Below are positions 47,662 to 56,881 of a stretch of DNA of 56,881 nucleotides, one piece after another. Source of the stretch: Hydrolagus affinis (Eukaryota); the NCBI GenBank assembly GCA_012026655.1, contig JAAILG010002211.1, forward strand, positions 1 through 56,881, in the 5' to 3' direction. The position numbers were made by a program, and so were the translations under genes. The notes under the pieces were generated by a model. It saw nothing but the letters and a program-made list of their open reading frames with translations. It made no database searches and was not told where the DNA came from. Numbering within the stretch: position 1 is the stretch's first letter; every line of letters starts with the position of its first letter.

Positions 47662-49674
47662 GTAAGGAGACCAGCGAGTGTTCATGTCCTACTCACTGGG
47701 AATCTTGTACAAGAAGTGAACAGAAATGGGAGAGGATGTCTGGACTCTCTCTCTCCAACTTGTTTATCCGCTCATCAAAACAGCCGAAACACTTTTCGAT
47801 TGACATCAAACCTCTTTTTTGCTAACATTGCAGCTTAATTTTAGCACCACTGTTGTCACAGCTGGAGTTTGCTGAAGGAATTAGTTATAAACAGACGTTT
47901 TGCTGGAAACCACATCCTCTGTTTTCTTCTACAAGATGCTCACTGACAGAATTCTGTTGTACCGCTAACTAACCTCCCAAACAGGCAATCGGATCGGGGA
48001 ATGATGAACTGTTTAGTGCTGTTTGTTTTATATCCTGGTCCTCTTCGATCCCTGCTGCGTGCAGAGATCACGCGTGAGCACTCTCATCCCCACATTCAAT
48101 TACTTACTCCCTTCTCACCTGGTGTGGGATATTCCTATGCACAGGTTGGCTGCCACCTTCACCTGTAAAATACACAGTCACCACTTATTGCAGTAGATTA
48201 TGTGAAGCGCTTTTGAGACCTACTTCCGATGTGATAGGCGAATTTAGTACTATGAACAATGACCCTCCATATTGTCTGTTAGTGTGATCACCTCCTAGCC
48301 TGATATCACAGTGATGTCTCTCTGATACTGGCAGCACAGTGCTGGTTTGCTGTGTTTTGTGTGGGATGGATTGCCTACAGAGAGTTTGTGCTGGAGGTAA
48401 GACCAGCTGTGTTCTCTGGCGAGTGCGTTTACCGTTGTGAGTCGCTCAGTATTTCTCCAATCCGATCCCTGGGAGATGGTGGGTGTTTGTGGCTGTGGTT
48501 GGCTGGCTGAGTGTTGGTAGTCGAGCGCCTTTGCTCGCTGGCTGGCACTGGGTTGCAGTAGCATCTTGCAGCAGCAGCAGCGCTGGCTTCCATTTATCAG
48601 AGTGTCAGACATCTGGGTGCAGTGAAGGGCCTCTGTGCTGTGAGACGCTGAGCCTGCAGGATGCCGTCTTTAATCATACACGGGAGCTGTTTGTTGCCAA
48701 GGACGTTTTGTGACAAATTGAGGTCACGGAGAGTATAGCGTATTCCTATAATTTATGGGAGGGTGGGGGTGGGAGGTGGGGGGGCAGTAAAGTTCTCTGT
48801 CCCTCCTTGTCATGTGATACAGTGTCTTAGGTCAGGTATGTAGAGCTGATGTGCTTCCTATCAGTGTTGTTAACAAGACCTTGTGATAACATGGCAGTAT
48901 TATACCACAGAGAAAATACAACACAAGTAAAAGGGTATCTAGAAAGTTCTGCATCAGCTGATGCAGAGACTCCTTCACATGCCCCCCCTGTCCCCCCCAT
49001 CCCCCCATGGGTCCTGGGAAAGAAATGGCTGATTAACATGTTGAGAGTGTATGGTATGGAATAGACAATCCCATTCAGTGAGTTGCGAGCAACCATTTTA
49101 TTCCAAGTTTTGGATGATGTTTATGAAGCACTTCAAGCTTTGCTCTCGCTGTTTGCAGTCAATGGCATCGTCTGAATCGCTGATGAAATCGCAGCCTTGT
49201 ATTTCACTCCAGTTGTCCATTGTGTAGCTCAGTGTGAGCGTGAGTGAGCAGCCCCATTGTGTTCACGGAGCCACGTCTCCCGCTCGGGGACGAGTAGGCA
49301 ACACATGCTGCTCGGAGAATTCCCTGTCAATCGCAAATTTCATTCCTTCTCCTTGCGATTTGAGGAGATTAAAAACAATGAGACCATTTTACTCCTTTAA
49401 GTGAAGGGTATAATTGTCAGGAGCTGTTGAGTGCGGTTGGTGGACAGCTCAGTGTTACTGTGACGGTGCCACATTCCACACTAACGCGCGAGGAGATTAC
49501 AGGTGGGCAGCTGTATTCTGAAACTTTAACGGAGTAACATATTCAGGTGTGATTGTCTTGTGTCCATGTGAGGGGGACTGTGACTCTCAGAGCCGGCGAG
49601 GTCCTGTCCCATTGGCATAGTTAAAGCTTTAACTATGTTGAATGAAGTATTGTTTGTTGGGTCGGAGGCGAAAG

Positions 49675-49790
49675 ATAATAGTAATCCTTGCATTTGATAT
49701 AGTGCCTTATCGCGCTGTTGGAACGTCTCAAAATGCTTCACAGGATATACTGTAAAGTGAATTGACTATGTATTTTGTGGGCGAAATGGA
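49675..49790 (-). mobile_element. SINE 3' fragment
   Basis: ataatagtaatccttgcatttgatatagtgccttatc...aagtgaattgact...gtgggcgaaa. Confidence 0.8.
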
Positions 49791-50663
49791 ACAGATCCCT
49801 GTTCACGTGTGAAGGGACTTTTTCCCAATGTCCAGTTGAGACTCTTGACTGTTTACTGTTTACTATTCTTAAGTTTAGAGCTCGATGCAAATGGCTGTGA
49901 GATTTGTCATCAAAATCAGTCACTACACTGGGAGTGATTACCGTGAGTTGCTTTGAGATGTGGCAGATAGTTGTTCTCAGTGAGCCAGCCAGACTGTTTT
50001 GGCTGAGGTCCCTGTGAAGCTGGGGACCATGTGAAACGTGATGAGTGAATGATTGAAATTACATTTTAATTATTTTATATCTAAAACTGAAGCCGCTGAG
50101 GATCCTGTTTAATATTTATAGCCTCAAACTCTGCAAATAACTGCTCAATGGCAAAACAATAACTGCTCGCTGGCAAAATACTGGGGATGGTCACAATCTG
50201 GCATACATTCGGGGTTCCGACATAGAGAATTGTTGACTTGAAACGACTTTATTTGAACGATGTCAGAGTCGCGGTGTAATTCATGAGGGTCTGAAATCCA
50301 TCCTTTGCTGTTCAGGTGTTAGTTAGCCGTGCCGGGCCGGGTTGGGCTGGGCAGTGTTGAGCACAATCCTATATTGTTTTCCTCACACTTTGCACACAGT
50401 GAGCTGGAGGCTGACTCCTGCAGTGCAGCTGGGGTTGTATCAACAACACAAATCCAGGGGAAAATAAAGAAACTGTGAAAAGGTTGTACAGTATTTCTAG
50501 TTTTAAAAAACAATGCAAATTGTCAGGAAGACTTTGAGATTCTATATTTATTTTGCAAACGATTTGAAGGAAGCAGCGCTGTTTTGCTGTGTATCTGCTG
50601 CAGTGCAGCTCTGACAATAAACAAGGAAAACTGCATTTAAATGTTTTCCCCTTCACTCTCTTG

Positions 50664-50695
<32 letters not shown>

Positions 50696-51344
50696 ATGGT
50701 GAATATATTTGTTGCCCTTGGAAATGGGGCCATACAGAGCCTGAGGCTATGATTAGCTGGAGCTCCTGCCCGCGCTTTGGTGAAATGTGCTTCTGATAGC
50801 AATGGGCCCGGGGATTGCACAGCAGATGAATGAAAGATGCGGCGAAGACATGAGAGGCGCGAGAGTTTATTCCCATGGAAGTTCTGGGGAGGGGGGTGCT
50901 GCGAGGATGGCTTCTCTCTCTTTGTTTTGTTAATCTCTGGGAGCTAAAGGGCAAGACCTTGGGAAGTCAGGGCTATTTGGAGTAGATAATATCTAAAGCA
51001 AAAAAAAATACTGCATGGGGATTACTGACAATTGCAGAATCATTAGCAGGTTGCTAAAAATAGCGCCATCCCTTAATCGTGTGATCATTCATATTTATTA
51101 TACTGAGAACGTGGAGGGCGACTGGTGTGTGTGTATTCTTAAATACATGATGAGCAGCCGTGTATCTCCACGCTGGGGGCAGGGGAACAAAAGGGAAATA
51201 AAATCAAGCCAGAATTTATTTTTAAAAATGTGCAAGCAAGTTTATTTAAGAGTTGTGTCTTTAAGCTGCTGCATCAGCAATGATGTGGGACCGAGGGAAT
51301 GGGCTGTTACAAGGGGAGGGGGTTTGATGGTGGTATGTGACCTT

Positions 51345-51407
51345 TGCTGGTTAGAGCTTGGTGATGCTGGTTAGAGCTTGGTGATGCTGGTTAGAGCTTG
51401 GTGATGC
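51345..51407. repeat. Perfect tandem repeat, 3 x 20 bp (tgctggttagagcttggtga)
   Basis: Three identical units plus tgc. Confidence 0.95.
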
Positions 51408-52575
51408 GCTTTTCAGTTTATATTGCCCTCATTGTCGCTCGGCTGTGTGTCCGCACTGCTGAGAGCCGGTTAAGAAATATTCCCTTGTTTATCATCGGAG
51501 CAGAAAAAAATACACAGTGTCGGGCTCACCTCAGGAAGTGTAGTAAAAAGACACTGACAGTGGTGCACTGCTCAGAGCTAGCTCAGGGTGACACAGTGAC
51601 AGAGTGGCCAGTGATGCTCTGTATGGGGTTCCCCTCCTGAGAGTGGGGTGTGAATGAGATCACACTCTGGAGAAGGAGGGATTCTGCCAGGGAAGCCTGG
51701 GAGAGAGAGATGTGTGAAGTCAGTATGACTGGCTGGGCAGTGGGTCCCTCACAGGGTTCAAGCTACATAATGGGATCCGATAGAGGACTTACTGTTTTGA
51801 TAAGACACTGTAAGTGAATGTTGAGACATTGGAGCAAAATGTATATACATCTCATTAAACTACAATAATGGGAAATAATGGGAAAGGAGCTGCAAATCTG
51901 CTGTCTGTCTCTCTGTGTGTGTGTGCGTGCGCGTGTGTGTGTGTGTGAATGAGCAGTGCTCCGCTCCACACACCACAATTCTTCTGTATCAGATCATTGA
52001 GATACACGGAGCTGCAACAATGATCATGTAAAATAAAAATAAAACCCAATTTATTTCTTTGAATTGCTTAATTAACTGTAACTTGGAGACTTGGCCTGTT
52101 TTCTCACTGTAATCTCAAAGAGCTCAGTCTTCATAAGGTGACGAAACATTTGACTCCCAAGTCCTCTGTTCAATTGATCTCAACCTTCCTGAGGGCCAGG
52201 CTTGCTGTTACAGCATCCAGCTGTTCTTAAGTCATGTTAGAGTAGCATGTGCGTTCTGTACAAACCTCCTACATTGAGTATCTGTTCAGAGGTTAGTCAA
52301 CTGGAGGTCTTGAAGCGTGAAATGATGGGGCAGGGACATTGATTTGGAGAGGTTAGGCCGCTGCATCATATAAATTACAGCGCAGGCAACAGCCTCCTCT
52401 CAGCCTCCTCTGCTGGAGCCCATTCCAATGCCACTTTCCACTTTCCCTATTCACAATTCATAATTTTTCACTTCAAACATTTATCTAATTCATCACAAAG
52501 CACTCAGTCGTCTGACAACCCTGTACATCAAAAATACTGTGGGCCGTGTTCATGGGGGTAGATGTTTCCTTGCTG

Positions 52576-52824
52576 ATAATAATAATAATATTCCTTGTAT
52601 TTGATATGGCACTTTTCAGGTTTTCTAGACGTCTCAAAGCGCTTCACAGAAAATACTGTAAAGTGAATTGACTGTATATTTGTGGGCAAAACGCGGCCGC
52701 CAATTGCATACAGCAGCGTCCCACAAACAGTCATGAATTGAAGCTACCAATTTATTATTTTCTTTCTTGAGGGATTATTATTAGCCGTATGGGGTAAGGA
52801 AACTTACCCAAGATTTTGCCCTGA
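52576..52824 (-). mobile_element. SINE, 5' truncated
   Basis: ataataataatattccttgtatttgatatggcac...cagcagcgtcccacaaacag...gtaaggaaacttacccaagattttgccctg. Confidence 0.85.
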
Positions 52825-52930
52825 CCTAACCTGACTTGCAAACTGTGGAAAGTGAAAAGATAACTGACTATTATAGTTCTTACAACCTCCAAATTCTTGA
52901 GTTTCCACTTCAAATTATTATTTTTTTTGA

Positions 52931-53615
<685 letters not shown>

Positions 53616-53838
53616 ATTTTGAAATCAATTTCTTTAGCTAAATCTCAACTTGACTGGACTGCTTCTTGCATTCATTCTGTTTATCATGTGATTTTGTATA
53701 TTGATATTGATATTGTTTTTTTGCCCAAGTGAATTGAATAACTTTGTTTTAATAATAACGATTGAAGTGGATTTGCCTGGTTGGATTTTGATGCTGGTCT
53801 GAAACTAGTGGCAAATTGTTGCATTTGTTTGTGGAGTT

Positions 53839-53857
53839 GCAGCGCCATCGAGTGGTT
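53839..53857 (-). promoter_or_regulatory. CTCF-like motif
   Basis: Minus strand aaCCACTCGATGGCGCtgc, one mismatch to CCACTAGATGGCGC; motif match only. Confidence 0.3.
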
Positions 53858-53896
53858 GGAACTGGCAGTTGGAATTGGTGAACAGTGAGAAATCTT

Positions 53897-54030
53897 ATCT
53901 TATCTACTTCTATCGATACTAATGAAGACAAAATGTCTGTCTGTGTGTCTGTCCACCGAGAACGCAATACCCGATTGACATAGAGACATGATTGTCCTCA
54001 TAGGACAGATCTTGCTTGGGAGAGGGTCAT
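53897..54030 (+). mobile_element. Possible Helitron-like non-autonomous element, 5' end
   Basis: atctacttctatcgatactaatgaagacaaaatgtctgtctgtgtgtctgtcc resembles the TC-start plus (GTCT)n microsatellite layout of Helitron/DINE-type elements. No convincing 3' hairpin plus CTAG was found. Confidence 0.3.
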
Positions 54031-54736
54031 GGACATATCTTGTATCATTATATGAAGTATATGTAAAATATATAATACAGTGTATAAACAATATAATATA
54101 AAATATGATAACACTGAAAATCTACATTCCTTATTGGATCCGTTGGTTGCCATTGTAGCTGCCACAGGTACAGATGTGCAGTGTAACGTATAGCAGTCCA
54201 CGGAGTAATAGAGAGAGTCCATGTGATTTAAACAGTGCCTCTGATTTTAACAAGGGACGAAAGGAAACTAAGAGAGCGGCGAGTCTTGGAGGACCTCCGT
54301 GTAGATGGCCACAAGCTGGTATTGGCTGACAGGGAATCAGACACCTCTGTCACGATTTAGCAACCAGTTGTTTCTGTTACCAAAAATTTTACCGTGTGTC
54401 TCACTCCAAATTATGAAAAGTCTCTTTTAAGGCATGGCTCTGCTCTGTTATTGTATTCTTGTCATTGATTTGCATGGTTTACCATCAGACAGCTGGTGAT
54501 TGGCTGGGTGGCAATCCCTGCCATTCAGTGATTTTGTTTCTCGATCATGGTAGCCCGGTGAGGAGAGGGAGGGTTTGGTGTGAGCTGGGAGTGGAGGGTT
54601 TGGCCACCAGCTCTAGTAATACGTAAATGTTTGTTTGTTTGGCTGTTTGTTTAGACTGGACTGGCCCAGCTCGTGTGCACAGCGCTCACAGTTTGTTGCC
54701 GCTTTGGTAGAGTTGTCCCTGAGTGAATGAGACAGA

Positions 54737-55668
54737 CAACAACAACAAAATTAAACTTGTGCAGCGTCTTTCATGTCAGGAGGGATGTCCCAAGGCGCTG
54801 GACACTCATTATTTCAGACCCGAGCTGGGATCAAGGACGGGGGAGGGTGGAGGGAATGGAGGGGGATTTGGGGTGACCTATGAGACCGTCGAAGAGCAGG
54901 GTCTTGAGGCGGACATGAAGGAGGCCAGCGAAGTGGAGGGACTGTGGGATGGAGTTCCAGAGGTTAGGGGCAGAGTGGCTGAAGGCTCGCCCACCAATGA
55001 TGAGGCGGGTGAGTTGAGAGACATGGAGCAGGCCAGAGGCTACTGAACGGTGGGGGCAGGCAGGCAGGTAGGAGGTTAGGAGGTCGCAGAGTTAGGGTGG
55101 GGCGAGGCCATGGAGGGCTTTGAATGTGAGAACCAGGATCTTGAATTGAATCCTCAAAAATACCTGGGTGATAGGATGATGTAGATGGGGTTCACGAAGC
55201 TTGGATCTACAGAGTTCTGGATTATTTGCAGCCGGTGGAAGGAGGAATTGGGAAGGCCGACAAGCAGGGCATTGGTATAGTTGAGCATGGATATGATGAA
55301 GACATAAATAAGAGTTTCAGCGGCTTGAGGGGTGAGGTACTGGCGGAGTTGGGCAATATTGTGGGGGTGAGGGAAGGCAGAGCGGGTCATTGTTTGGATG
55401 TGGGAGGAAAGACAGTTGAGGGTGGAACAAAACACCTGGGTTCCTAACTTGCTTGGTGAGGTTGAGTGAGCAACCATAGAGGTTAATACTGTGAGTGCCT
55501 GTTGTGTGAAGGCACTGGCGTGAGCTAATCGGTCTTATTGACGATGAGAGCTAACTGTAGAAAGTTAGCTCTCATCCAGGACTTGATGTCTGACGGACAG
55601 TCTCTCAAGACAGCAGTGGTCCTGGAGTCGAGATTAGAGGCTGAAAGATAGAGTTTGGTATCATCCAT
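54737..55668 (-). mobile_element. L2-like LINE 3' fragment (from the RT YADD region to the tail)
   Basis: MDDTKLYLS...DIKSWMRANFLQL..NKT (ORF 55525..55734), NIAQLRQYLTPQAAETLIYVFIIS.LNY.NALLVGLP...LQIIQNS (ORF 55154..55477) and a (GTT)n tail. Confidence 0.9.
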
Positions 55669-56545
55669 GTACATCGGAACATAGGAATTAGGAACAGGAG
55701 TTGGCCATTTGGCCCCTCGAGCCTGCGCTGCCATTCAATAAGATCATGGTTGATCTTCTAATCTAATTACATCTGTCCACCTTATCCCCATATCCCTTAA
55801 TTCCTTTATCCATAAGAAATCTATCAATCTCAGTCTTGAATATGATCAAGGATATTCAAGACTGAGATTGGTTTGGTTTAGAGAATTTATAGTGTTTGGT
55901 TTAGAGAATTCCATAAATTCACTACTCTGAGTGAAGAAGTGTTCCCTCAACTCTGTTCGAAAAGGCTGACCCTTAAAACTGCGACTCCTAGTTATAGTTT
56001 CTGCAACCAGGGGAAGCAGTCTCTCACTGTCTACTCTGTTGTGTCCCTTAAGAATCTTATAGGTTTCCATAAGATCACCTCTAATTCTTCTATATTCTAG
56101 AGAATATAGGCCTAGTTTATTCAACCTATCCTCATAGCTCATCCCAGGTACCAACCTAGTGAATCTACGCTGCATATCCTTTCTTAAATAAGGAGACCAA
56201 AACTGCGCGCAATATTCTATGTGCGGTCTCACTAAGGCCCTATACAGTTGCAGCAAGACTTCCCTACTCTTATACTCTAAACCTTTTGAAATGAACACCA
56301 CATACTGTTAGCCTTCCTAGTTGCTTGTTGTACCTGCAAACTAACATTTTGCGACTGGTGTACAATGACACCCAAACCTCTCGGAAGATTAACAGTCTTC
56401 TAGAAAATAATTCGCTTTTCTGTTTTTACTACCCAGTGAATAATTTTGCACTTCCCCACAATATATTCCATCTACCATGTTCTTGCCCAATCACCTAACC
56501 TATCCATATCCTGTTGCATTCTTTTTGTGTCATCCTCTTTTTGTA
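55669..56545 (-). mobile_element. CR1-like LINE 3' fragment, same family as 1210-2000
   Basis: ORF 55846..56301: [37 protein letters not shown]; tail cctgttcctaattcctatgttccgatgt. Confidence 0.9.
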
Positions 56546-56649
56546 TGAAAACTTATTTTCCCACCACTGTAATATTCTGTGTTGCTTGTAGCTTAAGATT
56601 CCAAATTACACATGTTCTTTATTGGTTATACGCTTGGATGTCTTGTTGG

Positions 56650-56881
56650 ATCATAGAATTTTACGGCACGAAAGGAGGCCATTCGGCCCATCTAGTCTGT
56701 GCCGGGTCTCTGAAAAGAGCAACTCAATCCCACTGCCCAGCTCTCTCCCCATAACCTAACAGACCTGTTCTCCCTAAATAAAGATCTAATTCTCTTTTAA
56801 AAGCTGTTATCGAATCGGCCTCCACCACCTTTTCAGGCAATGCATTCCAGATTCCAACAACCCGCTGAGTGAAAACATTTC
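56650..56881 (-). mobile_element. Second CR1-like family, 3' end, running off the window
   Basis: atcatagaattttacggcacgaaaggaggccattcggcccatc...tccaccaccttttcaggcaatgcattccagattccaacaaccc is a typical antisense CR1 3' UTR. Confidence 0.8.

Noticed and set aside
53616-56881. Search for the homeodomain exon (AYMKRR...)
   Set aside because: Not present; the region is mostly LINE fragments, so the exon must lie downstream.

Overview
Vertebrate genomic DNA, probably a cartilaginous fish (inferred from shark/chimaera-type CR1, L2, tRNA-SINE and Penelope-like repeats). The whole window lies inside one + strand gene, CUX1 (cut-like homeobox 1). I can place 13 coding exons with AG/GT boundaries and consistent phases. 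Together they give 2855 nt (951 full codons) running from the coiled-coil region through CUT1, CUT2 and CUT3. They match human exons 9-19, 21 and 22 by recalled numbering. The 5' exons and the homeodomain exons lie outside the window, and no equivalent of the 57-nt human exon 20 was found. The introns hold many copies of a tRNA-derived SINE, L2 and CR1 LINE fragments, a hAT MITE with an 8-bp target-site duplication (TSD), a Tigger-like MITE, an internally deleted mariner, Penelope-like fragments, two minisatellites and two 100-N gaps. I found no convincing new multi-gene system. The best leads are (i) an intact minimal hammerhead ribozyme motif antisense in an intron, (ii) hAT MITEs carrying clustered ATCGAT (the CUX1 consensus site) inside CUX1 itself, (iii) a young mariner deletion derivative, (iv) an exon 9-12 block that would form a stop-free circle and is flanked by inverted SINEs, and (v) templated-insertion scars in CR1 copies. 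All family names come from recall, not from database searches.
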